From: Acidobacteriaceae bacterium
GTDB lineage: Bacteria > Acidobacteriota > Terriglobia > Terriglobales > Acidobacteriaceae
DNA length: 64,000 nucleotides
Assembly (NCBI GenBank): GCA_003138515.1
Contig: PLGG01000056.1
Location: forward strand, 5,608-69,607
Reading direction: 5' to 3'
The notes beneath the pieces were generated by a model, which ran no database searches, was not told the DNA's origin, and saw nothing but the letters and a program-made list of their open reading frames with translations. This document shows, piece by piece, positions 45,795 to 55,498 of the stretch (position 1 is the stretch's first letter; every line of letters starts with the position of its first letter). Made by a program: the position numbers and the translations under genes.

Positions 45795-47246
45795 TCACAA
45801 GTTAAGCGCAAACGCGCGCGCGGAGTCGAGGAGTTTGGCGACGGATTCTTTCGAGCAGGATTCGGCATAGATGCGCAGGAGGGGCTCGGTGCCGCTGGCG
45901 CGCAGCAGCAGCCAGGTTTCGGCGGCCTTGGGCTTGGTGGTCGCTTCGGGGTTGTCGAGGAAGAACTTCACACCGTCGAGATCTTCCTGGCAGAAGATAG
46001 CCATGCCGGCGAAGACTGGGTTGCCGGGCTTGAGAGCGTGGGCGCGGGCGATGACGGCGTTCTTCTGGGCCTCGGGCAAATGAAGGTCGATGCGGCCGTA
46101 CTGGTGCTCGCCGTACTCGGCCTGCAAGTCGGCGACAAGCTGGCCGAGAGTCTTCTTTTCCTGGGCCATGACGTTGGCGAGCAGCAGGCAGTTGAGCAGG
46201 CCGTCGCGCTCGGGCAGGTGGCGCTGGAAGCCGATGCCGCCCGACTCCTCGCCGCCCATGACGATTTCGCGCTCCAGCATGAGGTCGACGACATACTTGA
46301 AGCCGATGCCGTGCTCGATGAGCTCGCGGCCATATTTCCTGGCGATGCGGTCGAGCATCTTTGTGGTGTTGAAGGCGCGAGTGACTGCGCCGGGCCAGCC
46401 TTTGTACTGCAAGACCCAGCTCAGCAGTGCGGAATAGATTTTGTGCGGGTCGACGAAGTTGCCGTGCTCGTCGATAGCGCCGATGCGGTCGGCGTCGCCG
46501 TCGGTGCAGAGGCCGGCCTGGCAGCCGTTGGCCACGACCGCTTCGCCGAGGGCGCGGATGTTGGGCTCGATGGGCTCGGGATTGATGCCGGGAAAGAGCG
46601 GGTCGGGGTTGGAGCGAATTTGCACGTGAGCCACGCCGATGCGAGCGAAGATGTCGGCGAGGATAGTGCCGCCCGCGCCGTACATGGAATCGATGCAGAA
46701 CTTCATGCCGGACTTCGAGATGAGATCGAGGTCGGCGAAGTCCTCTATGGATTTGAGGTAGGTGGGCAGGAAGTCGACTTCCGTAACGGGCGCGGGCTGA
46801 GAGGCGCGCGGGGCGGGTTTGCCGAGATACGACTCGATCGCCGTGATCATGGCGGGCTGGCCCGAGCCGCCGTACCAGCCCTTGTACTTGACCCCGTTCC
46901 ACTCCGCGGGGTTGTGCGAGGAGGTGATCATAATGCCGCCGGCTGCGCCGCGCTCGCGCACGCCCCAGCTGAGGGCCGGCGTGGGAGTGACTGCGGTCGC
47001 GAGCAGGACGGGAATGCCCGTGGCTGCGACGACTTCAGCGCATGCCTGGGCAAATGCCTTGGAGCCGAAGCGCGTGTCATAGCCGATGCAGAGACCCTTT
47101 GCGGGATCCTCCTGTGCGGAGCCTTTGCGGGAATGAATATAGGCGGCGATAGCCTCAGCGGCGATGCGGACGTTCGAGAAGGTGAAGTCGTCGGCGATGA
47201 CGCCGCGCCAGCCGTCGGTGCCGAATTTGATGACAGGTTGAGGCAT
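45795..47246 (-). CDS. Phosphoglucomutase/phosphomannomutase family protein
   Basis: ATG at 47246 gives MPQPVIKFGTDGWRG. Phosphoserine loop ITSSHNPAEWNG and Mg site DGDADR are present. Confidence 0.9.
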   Translation of the reverse strand: MPQPVIKFGTDGWRGVIADDFTFSNVRIAAEAIAAYIHSRKGSAQEDPAKGLCIGYDTRFGSKAFAQACAEVVAATGIPVLLATAVTPTPALSWGVRERGAAGGIMITSSHNPAEWNGVKYKGWYGGSGQPAMITAIESYLGKPAPRASQPAPVTEVDFLPTYLKSIEDFADLDLISKSGMKFCIDSMYGAGGTILADIFARIGVAHVQIRSNPDPLFPGINPEPIEPNIRALGEAVVANGCQAGLCTDGDADRIGAIDEHGNFVDPHKIYSALLSWVLQYKGWPGAVTRAFNTTKMLDRIARKYGRELIEHGIGFKYVVDLMLEREIVMGGEESGGIGFQRHLPERDGLLNCLLLANVMAQEKKTLGQLVADLQAEYGEHQYGRIDLHLPEAQKNAVIARAHALKPGNPVFAGMAIFCQEDLDGVKFFLDNPEATTKPKAAETWLLLRASGTEPLLRIYAESCSKESVAKLLDSARAFALNL

Positions 47247-47522
47247 CGTTGGTTTTCGGTGCAACTTGGGAAGCAAAGGAAAACAATAACAGGCGGAGCG
47301 GAGAGAGCGCACGGGGTTGGCCAAGGTTCGAGACTGGCTTAGAGAGAGGACGGCGAGCGGAAGGTCAGGAAACCGGCAAAGGCGCAGACGGCGCAGGGAT
47401 TGAAAACAAGCGGCGGGAAGTGAACGGGCGCGAGGGCTAGAATAGGGGCCAACCGTTGGTAGAGCAGAGACGGTTCTTTTCTCGCCGGCCCAAGAATTTG
47501 GTCAGAAGATTCGCTCGAGGAT

Positions 47523-50500
47523 TTGCCCATGTCGATTCTCAGCAGAACGGCAGGCGTTGCATTGCTGGCGGCGGCAACAGCCACGGCGGCGTGCGCGCAG
47601 CAAGTCAAGGCACAAAGCGGCGGAGTTCAGCGCGGCATCCAGCCGGAGAGCAGCGATGAGCCGGCGGTGAAGAACGGCCACCAGTACATCGTGGCGATCG
47701 GCATCGATCACTACGAGAACTGGCCGATTCTGAGCACGGCGGTGAGCGACGCATCGGAATTCGCCAAGCTGCTGACGAGCAAATTCGGATTTGAATATGC
47801 AGCGGAGCCGCTGACGGAAAAGAACGCCACGCGCGAGGCGATTATTTCGTTGCTTGAAGACGACCTGCCAACGCGGTTGAAACCTGAAGACTCGCTGGTG
47901 ATCTTCTTCGCCGGCCATGGAACCACGCACCCCTACAAGGTGGGCGATGAGGCGCGATCCGATGGATTCATTGTTCCGGTGGACGCGCGCGCGCCGGGCG
48001 CGAACGAGCACTGGAGCGACTACCTGAAGATCGAGGAGTTGTTGCACACGATCGACTCCCTGCCCGCGTCTCATATTCTTGTCATCCTGGACAGTTGCCA
48101 CAGCGGCATGGCGCTGGGGAACAAGTTCATGACGAGCCGCGCCGATACGCGTTTCGAGCGGGACATGCTGGTGAAGGTGAGCCGCAAGGTGATCGCCAGC
48201 GCGCAGGGCGACCAGCTTGCCTCCGACAGCGGCCCGCTGCCGAATCACTCGCTGTTTACGGGGCTGATGATTCAGGGACTGACGAACGGGAATGCGGACA
48301 GCTATGGGGAGGGATTTGTTACATCGAGCCAACTGGGCGCTTTTGCGCAGCACCAAGTCGCGGTTGCGGCGGGCTCGAAGCAGACTCCGCTGTTTGGCGC
48401 CTTCGACGATGACCAGGGAGGCGAATTGGTGATCCATATGGGCTCTGGAGCCCAACCGGCCGCGGCGGACGGAGCGAACCCGGCGACGACTTTTACGAAA
48501 TACGAAGCGCTGGAGCTGGATCGGCTGAAGAAGGACGGGAACCGCTATTGGCAAAATGACGATCCGCTGAAGAATTTTCCTGCGGCGCGAAGTGTGGCGC
48601 TCAAACTGTGCGACGCGGGCGACGACAGCGTCAAATACTGGGGATGCGAACAGGCCGCGCGGAGTTTCCGCAGCGGGCTTGGCGGAGGCACCGACTACGC
48701 GCAAGCGGCGAGCCTGGCGCAGCACGCCTGCGACGGCAAAGATACCGACGCGTGCGTTCTGCTGGCGTCGCTCTACCAAACGGGAGAGAGCATCGAGCCC
48801 GATCTCGAAAGCGCGGTGAGACTCTTCCAGGATTCATGCAACAAAGGGAACCTGCGCGGCTGCTTTGGCCTGGGCAGGCTCTACATGGATGGCCACGGAG
48901 TCGCCAAGGATTACGCGCAGGCGAAGACGCTGTTCACCAAGGTGTGCGACGGCGGCGAGATGACAGGCTGCAATGGCCTGGGCGCGCTCTATAGCTTCGG
49001 CGATGGAGTGACCCGGGATTACGCGCAAGCGATGAGCTACTGGCAGAAGGCCTGCGACGGCGGCATTGGGAGGGCCTGCGAAAACATTGGCCAGTTGTAC
49101 TGGTTTGGAAAAAGCGTCAGCAAGGACCCGGTGCAGGCAGCGAACTTTTACCGCAAAGGCTGCTCGGGCGGCGAAATGGAAAGCTGCGCAGAGCTGGGAT
49201 GGATGTACGAAAACGGACAGGGCGTGAGCAAGGATCAGCCGCAGGCGCTGACGCTCTACAAGCAATCCTGCGACGGCGAATCGGCGACAGGTTGCAACGA
49301 GCTGGGCAACCATTACCAGCTTGGCGACGGGTTGACCAAGGACCTGGCGCTGGCGGCAGTGAATTTTCGCAAGGCCTGCGACGCCAGCGCGGGCATTTGG
49401 GGTTGCAACAACCTGGGTTTGCTGTACGAGCGGGGCCAGGGAGTGGGTCAGGATGTGACCGAGGCACTGCGCCTGTACCGCAAGGCGTGCGATGCCGGCC
49501 AGATGATTGCCTGCACCAACGCGGGAAACATGTATGTGAATGGGCGCGGCACGTCGAAGGACGAGGGAGAAGCGGTACACATGTTCCGCACTTCGTGTGA
49601 TGGAAACTACCTGGCCGGTTGCGTGCAGCTTGGATACATGCTTGCGTTTGGACAGGGCGCGACGAAAAATGAGCCCCAGGCGATCGGGCTTTTCCGCAAG
49701 GCATGCGACGGCGGCGATACGAGGGGTTGCCTTGGACTTGGCGCCATGTTTGAGAGCGGCCAGGGCGTGGCCAAGGACGAATCGCAAGCGGCGAAGTTGT
49801 ATGGCAAGGCCTGCGACGCAGGCAACTTTGCAGGCTGCACCGATCTGGGCAACCTGACCGTGAGCGGCCGCGGTGTGGCCAAGGACGAGGCGGCGGGATT
49901 CGCGCTCTACAAGAAAGGCTGCGATGGCGGCGATATGAACGGCTGCGTGAACTACGCGCTGGCCTATGAATCGGGCCAGGGCGTGGCTAAGGATGAAGCG
50001 CAGGCCGCGCAACTGTTCCAGAAGAACTGCGACGCAGGCGACCTGCGGAGCTGCACGCAGCTCGGCTATTTGTATTACAACGGGATCGGCGTGGCCAAGG
50101 ACCAGACGAAGGTGTTTCAACTGACGCAGAAGTCCTGCGATGGCGGCGTGATGCTGGCCTGCTCCAATTTGGCCGCTACGTACTACTTGGCTGTGGGAAT
50201 CGCAAAGGATGAACCCAAGGCCATGACGCTGGATCGCCAGGCTTGTGATGGCGGCGAACCGAGAGGCTGCGCGGGCATCGCCGCTTTTGGTTTCATGGAT
50301 CAAGAGGGATTCGATTCGGCAAAGGATTACGGTGGCCAGTTGACCAACTATCACAAGGCCTGCGACAGCGGTGACATGAAGGGCTGCGCAGCCCTGGCTT
50401 TCATGGTGCGCAATGCCCTGGGAACAACGAGGGACCTTGGCGCCGCCAATTACCTGGCGCTGAAAGCTTGTGACGGCGGCGTGATGGTCTCCTGCGTGGG

Positions 50501-50843
50501 GTACGGCGCAATCCTGTACGCCGGCGACGGCGTGAAGCAGGACTTGGCGCAGGCGCTGAGCTTCGAGCATAAGGCGTGCGACGGCGGCGCGATGGCGGGC
50601 TGCGTCTACGTTGGATTCTTCTACCAAAATGGCATTGGCGCGCCGATCGACGCCGTGCAAGCCGGTGATTTCTACCGCAAAGCCTGCGACGGCGGCGAGC
50701 CGACGGGCTGCCGCGTTGTAGGCTGGCTTTACCGGAACGGCCTGGGCGTAGCGCTGGATGAAATGACGGCGCTCAGTTTCTATCACAAGGCCTGTGAAGC
50801 CGGCGATCAGACGTCGTGCTCGGAGTTGAAGGCAAATCCGTAA
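47523..50843 (+). CDS. Secreted caspase-family (peptidase C14, orthocaspase) domain fused to about 20 Sel1 repeats
   Basis: Signal peptide MPMSILSRTAGVALLAAATATAACAQ. C14 catalytic dyad contexts are IFFAGHG (H132, 47916..47918) and ILDSCHSG (C192, 48096..48098). From about aa 330 to the end come uninterrupted 36-aa Sel1 units (A..(L/F)(Y/F).KAC(D/S)GG...(G/A)C..LG.(L/M)Y..G.GV.KD...). Confidence 0.85.
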   Translation: MPMSILSRTAGVALLAAATATAACAQQVKAQSGGVQRGIQPESSDEPAVKNGHQYIVAIGIDHYENWPILSTAVSDASEFAKLLTSKFGFEYAAEPLTEKNATREAIISLLEDDLPTRLKPEDSLVIFFAGHGTTHPYKVGDEARSDGFIVPVDARAPGANEHWSDYLKIEELLHTIDSLPASHILVILDSCHSGMALGNKFMTSRADTRFERDMLVKVSRKVIASAQGDQLASDSGPLPNHSLFTGLMIQGLTNGNADSYGEGFVTSSQLGAFAQHQVAVAAGSKQTPLFGAFDDDQGGELVIHMGSGAQPAAADGANPATTFTKYEALELDRLKKDGNRYWQNDDPLKNFPAARSVALKLCDAGDDSVKYWGCEQAARSFRSGLGGGTDYAQAASLAQHACDGKDTDACVLLASLYQTGESIEPDLESAVRLFQDSCNKGNLRGCFGLGRLYMDGHGVAKDYAQAKTLFTKVCDGGEMTGCNGLGALYSFGDGVTRDYAQAMSYWQKACDGGIGRACENIGQLYWFGKSVSKDPVQAANFYRKGCSGGEMESCAELGWMYENGQGVSKDQPQALTLYKQSCDGESATGCNELGNHYQLGDGLTKDLALAAVNFRKACDASAGIWGCNNLGLLYERGQGVGQDVTEALRLYRKACDAGQMIACTNAGNMYVNGRGTSKDEGEAVHMFRTSCDGNYLAGCVQLGYMLAFGQGATKNEPQAIGLFRKACDGGDTRGCLGLGAMFESGQGVAKDESQAAKLYGKACDAGNFAGCTDLGNLTVSGRGVAKDEAAGFALYKKGCDGGDMNGCVNYALAYESGQGVAKDEAQAAQLFQKNCDAGDLRSCTQLGYLYYNGIGVAKDQTKVFQLTQKSCDGGVMLACSNLAATYYLAVGIAKDEPKAMTLDRQACDGGEPRGCAGIAAFGFMDQEGFDSAKDYGGQLTNYHKACDSGDMKGCAALAFMVRNALGTTRDLGAANYLALKACDGGVMVSCVGYGAILYAGDGVKQDLAQALSFEHKACDGGAMAGCVYVGFFYQNGIGAPIDAVQAGDFYRKACDGGEPTGCRVVGWLYRNGLGVALDEMTALSFYHKACEAGDQTSCSELKANP

Positions 50844-50845
50844 AC

Positions 50846-50876
50846 CAGTGAACAGCGAACAGTGGACAGCGAGCGG
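50846..50876. repeat. Heptad tract (CAGYGRA)x4 immediately after the caspase-Sel1 stop codon
   Basis: CAGTGAA CAGCGAA CAGTGGA CAGCGAG. Confidence 0.7.
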
Positions 50877-50969
50877 CAACGGTCCCGTGATGCAGGCCAG
50901 ACGCGCAGCAGTGTAAACTAGCAGAGACCCCAGAAGCCGGTTCGCCAAGGCGGGCCGGCTGCGTTATGT

Positions 50970-51046
50970 CGGGACGTGGCTCAGCCTGGTAGAGCACTCG
51001 CTTGGGGTGCGAGGGGTCGGCAGTTCAAATCTGCCCGTCCCGACCA
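50970..51046 (+). tRNA. tRNA-Pro (anticodon GGG)
   Basis: Acceptor stem CGGGACG/CGTCCCG, anticodon stem-loop CTCGC-TTGGGGT-GCGAG, T-arm GGCAGTTCAAATCTGCC, discriminator A and an encoded CCA. Confidence 0.9.
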
Positions 51047-51163
51047 TTTAACCGCTAAGTCTCCTCGTGCGGCATCGCGAAAGCAGGACAGAACTGCCGA
51101 TCCGCGAAGCGACTGCGCACTGAATCTGGTTTGTGAGGAGCGCAAGGCGAAGCCGAGCGTGTG

Positions 51164-51192
51164 CGGCAGTTCACATCTGCCCGTCCCGACCA
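51164..51192 (+). repeat. Direct copy of the 3' 29 nt of tRNA-Pro (att-like scar)
   Basis: CGGCAGTTCACATCTGCCCGTCCCGACCA matches tRNA positions 51018..51046 (CGGCAGTTCAAATCTGCCCGTCCCGACCA) at 28/29 positions, 146 nt downstream. Confidence 0.85.
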
Positions 51193-51383
51193 ATTCTTAG
51201 AATCAATAACTTACAGAATTTATCTCCGTAATTTGGACCCTAGAGTGAGTACTCGAGCCCCGTGCGGATTTTCGGCCTCCATATTCAAATGCGGAGGAAC
51301 GCAACAATGGGAGCTCCGATATAGCGCATAACACTTCAGTCTCAGGTCCAGAATCACCCAAATCGTGTACACTTTGCGTGACC

Positions 51384-52202
51384 ATGCAGTTCAAGAAAGC
51401 ACCGCTCATTGAACTTGTCGCCGAGTTCCGGTGGGTGCCCGACACCGCAGTTCCCTTGTTCGCACCACCCAACGCCCCGGGCCAGGTTGCCACTCCACTC
51501 CCGTTGGTTGACCCAGGGCGCTATGAGTCATTTTTCTCGAATTTCTCGAGGGCAATCGCCGAACGCGGTTATGCGAGAACCGAGCGATTGATTCCTGCCG
51601 GGTGGCCGTTTCCCTTCCAACTGCCCGTATTGAGGTTCAGGCACTCTGACTTCGAGAAGAGCCAGAGTACCCTGTACCAACTTGGTGCGGGCATTTTCTC
51701 GGCTCATGCTATTCCGCCGTATCGCAATTGGGAATCGTTTAAGCCTGTAATCAACGACGGGCTCGAAGTCCTGATGGGCAACATGCTGCCGGATGAGCAT
51801 GTTTCGAGGTTCACAACAGTCGTGTTGCGATACATCGATCGATTCACCGCCGAGTTTTCGGAGGGCATGCCCTCTCGGGATTTTATTGAGCAGATATTTC
51901 GCATCCGCCTGGACCTCCCCGCCGTGCTTCGCGATGAGGCTGTTGATGAGCGGATTATTGACCAAACGCTCTTGCTCCGCATCCCACTTAAGTCTGGGTT
52001 GTTGATGACCCTGGGGATCAACCCGCCGACCCAGCCGCCTGGAGGTGGAATCGTGCTCGACACTGCGGTCGGTTCTCAAGAATCCGTGGCGTTCGATGTT
52101 CGCGCTGCAGTGGAAATGCTCGAGGCTGCTCATACGTCCATACGGCACGTTTTCACCAGCCTTACTGAGCCAATTTACGCAAAGATGGAGCCGCAGCCAT
52201 GA
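51384..52202 (+). CDS. TIGR04255-like uncharacterised protein
   Basis: MQFKKAPLIELVAEFRW resembles the characteristic TIGR04255 N-terminus (..aPL.E...E.RF). About 272 aa and low G+C. The assignment is from memory of the family and is unverified. Confidence 0.6.
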   Translation: MQFKKAPLIELVAEFRWVPDTAVPLFAPPNAPGQVATPLPLVDPGRYESFFSNFSRAIAERGYARTERLIPAGWPFPFQLPVLRFRHSDFEKSQSTLYQLGAGIFSAHAIPPYRNWESFKPVINDGLEVLMGNMLPDEHVSRFTTVVLRYIDRFTAEFSEGMPSRDFIEQIFRIRLDLPAVLRDEAVDERIIDQTLLLRIPLKSGLLMTLGINPPTQPPGGGIVLDTAVGSQESVAFDVRAAVEMLEAAHTSIRHVFTSLTEPIYAKMEPQP

Positions 52203-52759
52203 TAGTTCCGCCCTATTTGGTTGATCGCCCTACGCTTGAACTGGTCGAGACGATGCCTGCTCAACCACCTATTGGGATGTTGTGGATTAACACGGTAAGA
52301 GGTCTTGTGCCGACAGTCGCGCCCGTTCGTAGTTTCCGAAATGAAATGGTTACCAAATCCAATCGGTTCGCAAACCTCGGCCCCGGCTGGCTCGGGCCAA
52401 ACAGCTGCGAGATTCCGAGGACCACGTCAGCACGAATTTTGGAGCTTGCCGTGTCTCTTGAGCAGATCGAAGGGTTGCCCAATCCAGAGATGACTCCAAA
52501 TATTCACGGGACTATCTCTCTGGAATGGGAGAGCGCCAGAGGCGAGGCATACTTGGAATATGGCACCAACGAAATAAGCGGCTTTGTGCGCTTCGAGAAC
52601 GAGCCCATTGAGCACATCGAAGCAGTTGCTACGCTGCCGGTCTCTTTTTTCACGCTTGTGCGGGACCGGCTCTTTCCCATCTCGCAGGCGCACTCAGTCA
52701 CAACTGAAGGGTTGGGTCCCTATAGCTATGCTTTTGCGACGACTCGGGCGTTGGCTTAG
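52199..52759 (+). CDS. Hypothetical protein, translationally coupled to the upstream gene
   Basis: The ATGA start/stop overlap lies at 52199..52202. 186 aa with no motif I recognise. Confidence 0.6.
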   Translation: MIVPPYLVDRPTLELVETMPAQPPIGMLWINTVRGLVPTVAPVRSFRNEMVTKSNRFANLGPGWLGPNSCEIPRTTSARILELAVSLEQIEGLPNPEMTPNIHGTISLEWESARGEAYLEYGTNEISGFVRFENEPIEHIEAVATLPVSFFTLVRDRLFPISQAHSVTTEGLGPYSYAFATTRALA

Positions 52760-53261
52760 AGGGCTTTTCTGCTTTTCTTTGCCGGTTAAGGTGTCAGATT
52801 CGGAGAACCTGATACGAGGCATCTACTACGAGGTGCACCTCGACGATGTCGGCTCCCTGAAGTGGCAAGCGTATGACCCAACGCCCGGCACAGATGAAGT
52901 CTCGGTCATGCGGTCTGCGCGTCTTTCGCCAAATGCGTGCAAGCGAAAAGCAAAGTCTATCGAGAGAGCTCCGAGGAAGCTTTATCGTGGGCTGGCCGCC
53001 CTAAGTTCTGGTGCGATTAAAACAGCTGGGATGGCGGTCGTCGATTCTCGGCACGTCGATTGCGGCCACGCAGACATCAAGACGGGTGTGGTCACGCAAA
53101 GGAGACTTCCGAACGTCCCGCGCGACCCGCGCGAAGTGGCGCGTGTGAAAAAAGTGGCCGAGAAACTTATAGAACTGTCGCAGTACTATCCAGATTCAAG
53201 GATCGAAAGCGCGAAGTGGGAGGGTGAAGGTTTACTAGCCCCGCTCCGTAAAGACATCTAG
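52728..53261 (+). CDS. Hypothetical protein, third gene of the islet operon
   Basis: This frame is open from 52584. The first ATG, at 52728, overlaps the previous gene by 32 nt. Alternative starts are TTG at 52779 and GTG at 52791. No motif I recognise. Confidence 0.5.
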   Translation: MLLRRLGRWLRGLFCFSLPVKVSDSENLIRGIYYEVHLDDVGSLKWQAYDPTPGTDEVSVMRSARLSPNACKRKAKSIERAPRKLYRGLAALSSGAIKTAGMAVVDSRHVDCGHADIKTGVVTQRRLPNVPRDPREVARVKKVAEKLIELSQYYPDSRIESAKWEGEGLLAPLRKDI

Positions 53262-53569
53262 TCGCGAGGGTTTTCCAAGCCATGCAGCCTGTTGACTCCG
53301 CCACCAACGTGACTTTTGTCATGTACCCAAAAGCAGATTCTTCGCGCATTGTGGAGAGACAAGGCAAAGAACCCAACATGGGCCTCTGACCGGCCGCTTG
53401 TGATCCGCCGCTCGTAATCTGGATTGATCGGCTCATACGCCACCAATGGATTTGGAAGCGGAACATTTCCCCCCGGGGCTGCGTCTCCTCGAATTGTCTT
53501 GAGAGCCACTGCTGCGGAAGACTCGCGGCGAGCGGCGAAGAAATCGGATCATCGAGGGAAAGGCGGCGC

Positions 53570-55461
53570 ATGTACTCCCCCTACTCGCGTCAAGCATTGC
53601 AATCAGGCGTCCACAAGCACAAAGAACTCTGGATCGTAGCCTGCGCACTCGTTCTTCTACCGGCCTTCATCGGGTTGGCGGGTTGCACGAAGCCGCTCCC
53701 AATCACCAAAGAAGTTGCCGCGCCGACGATCGGCACCTTTTCCGCGAGCCCTATGTCCATCATCGCGGGCTCAAGCACCACGCTGAATTGGGCGACTACA
53801 GGAGCGACGGGCATCGCCGTCACGCCGGGGACCTTTGCATCCACATCGGCGAGCGGGTCGGTGGTTCTGAGCCCGACGGCGACGACCACGTACACGCTGA
53901 CGGCGACGAATAGCACCGGCACAGCGGCGTCGATATTGACTGTGACGGTGACCCAGCCAACCCTGCCCACGATCAGCTCGTTCACGGCGAGCCCAACGAG
54001 CATTACCCTGGGCGGGATCAGCACGCTGAGTTGGACAACTTCAGGCGCGACGACGCTCAATATTGCGCCGGGGAACCTCGCGTCGACCTCGGCGAGCGGC
54101 ACAGTGAATGTGAGCCCCGAGACGACAACCACTTACGTTCTGACAGCGACCAATGCGGCGGGATCGGTGACGGCTTCTGCGAAGGTGGCTCTGACATCGA
54201 CGGGTGGGCCGTTAAATATCACCACTACAAGCTGCGCCGGAGGAACGCAGAACACGGCGTATGCGGGCTGCACGATTGCCGCGACCGGCGGGGCTCCACC
54301 ATACAGTTTTTCTGTCGACGACAGCGGCAGCTATCCTCCGCTGCCGGAGGGAATGTCGATGGACGCATCGACGGGTGAGATAACCAGCCCGCTGATCGGC
54401 GGCCAGGGAACGTACATTCCCGAGATTGTGGTGACGGATGCGACGTCCGCAACAGCGAAGGCGCAGATCAATTTCGCCATCAACGGCAGCAATGCGTTTC
54501 TCAAGAACGTCTTTACGGCGGCTTCAATCTTTCACCATCGCGTGGACGCAGCGACGACCAACCTGCCCGTGGATACGTCGCCCGCGGCGCCGATATACAG
54601 CGGCTATTTGCCTGCGACGGTCAAGCCATTCTTCGGCAACAACTCGAATGCTCCGTTCCCGAATGGGATTCCGGCGATCGAGGTGCCGTATAACCAGCCC
54701 GATGTTTCGGTGGCGACGACGGTCTACCAGTCGTACTTTGCTTCGGGTCCGATTCCGGCTTACGCGCCGGTTGAGGGCACTAGTAACTCGTCGGGAGACC
54801 GGCACGTGCTGGTGTACCTGGAGCCAGGCAACGGAAAGAATCCGGCGCTCTATGAAATGTGGCAGGGAGTTTACCTGGACGGCCCGTGGACCGACTCTTC
54901 GAACGCGGAGTGGCCCAATGTGGCGACGGATGCGCTGACGCCACAGGGGCAGGGGACGTCAGATGCCGCGGGCTTGCCGGTGGCGCCCCTGCTGGCGAAT
55001 GCGGATGAGGTAATTGGAACTGGCACCCCGAGCGGGCCGAACGGCACGGCACAGCATCCGATTCGATTCACGCTGAATCATATGTTGAACTACTGGGTGT
55101 GGCCTGCCACGCAAACGGCGGGAACGGGAAGCTGCAAAGACAGTTCCGGCGCTGCAATTTCCACGGAGTCAGAGATTTCGCAGGCGGCGCCGCCGGCGAA
55201 ATTTATCGGCTGAAGGCTTCCGTGACCACGCCGGCTTGCGCGGCCACAAGTCCGCAGGCGGCCATCATTATTACCGGGTTCCGGAATTACGGAATCATTC
55301 TGGCCGACAACGGCGACAGCGGCGGATTGATCGGCACACCCGACGCGCGCTGGAACGACGCCGATCTCTCGTGCCTGACGAGCCTTATTCTGTCGGACTT
55401 TGAGCCGGTGAATGTGTCGAGCCTGATGGTGACCAACGGCAGCGGTGCGACCAGCCACTAG
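53570..55461 (+). pseudogene. Surface lipoprotein with Ig-like repeats, split by a frameshift near 55190..55200
   Basis: ORF 53570..55213 has a lipobox (FIGLAGC) and two ~85-aa repeats (I..F.ASP.SI..G.S..L.W.T.GAT...I.PG...S.SASG.V.V.P..TTTY.LTA.N..G). ORF 55099..55461, in the -1 frame, carries what reads as the same protein's C-terminus (GEIYRLKAS...SPQAAIIITGFRNYGIILADNGDSGGLIGTPDARWNDADL...SDFEPV). Confidence 0.55.
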
Positions 55462-55498
55462 GGCGCACGAACCGCCGTGCATTCTCGTGTTGGGGGAA

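Noticed and set aside
45789-47342. 517-codon + strand ORF
   Set aside because: It is antisense to the phosphohexomutase gene, which has clear catalytic motifs. Its composition (Gly/Ala/Asp/Val-rich) is typical of a GC-rich shadow frame.
48834-50948. 704-codon minus-strand ORF
   Set aside because: It is antisense to the Sel1-repeat array. It is Ala/Arg/Leu-rich and periodic only because the sense strand is, and it has no start context. The + strand gene has a signal peptide, a caspase domain and canonical Sel1 units.
53258-53509. 83-codon minus-strand ORF (and overlapping 53167..53571) at the right end of the low-GC islet
   Set aside because: It has no ribosome-binding site, no recognisable motif, and overlaps another equally weak ORF. 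It may be a gene remnant but is not supportable.
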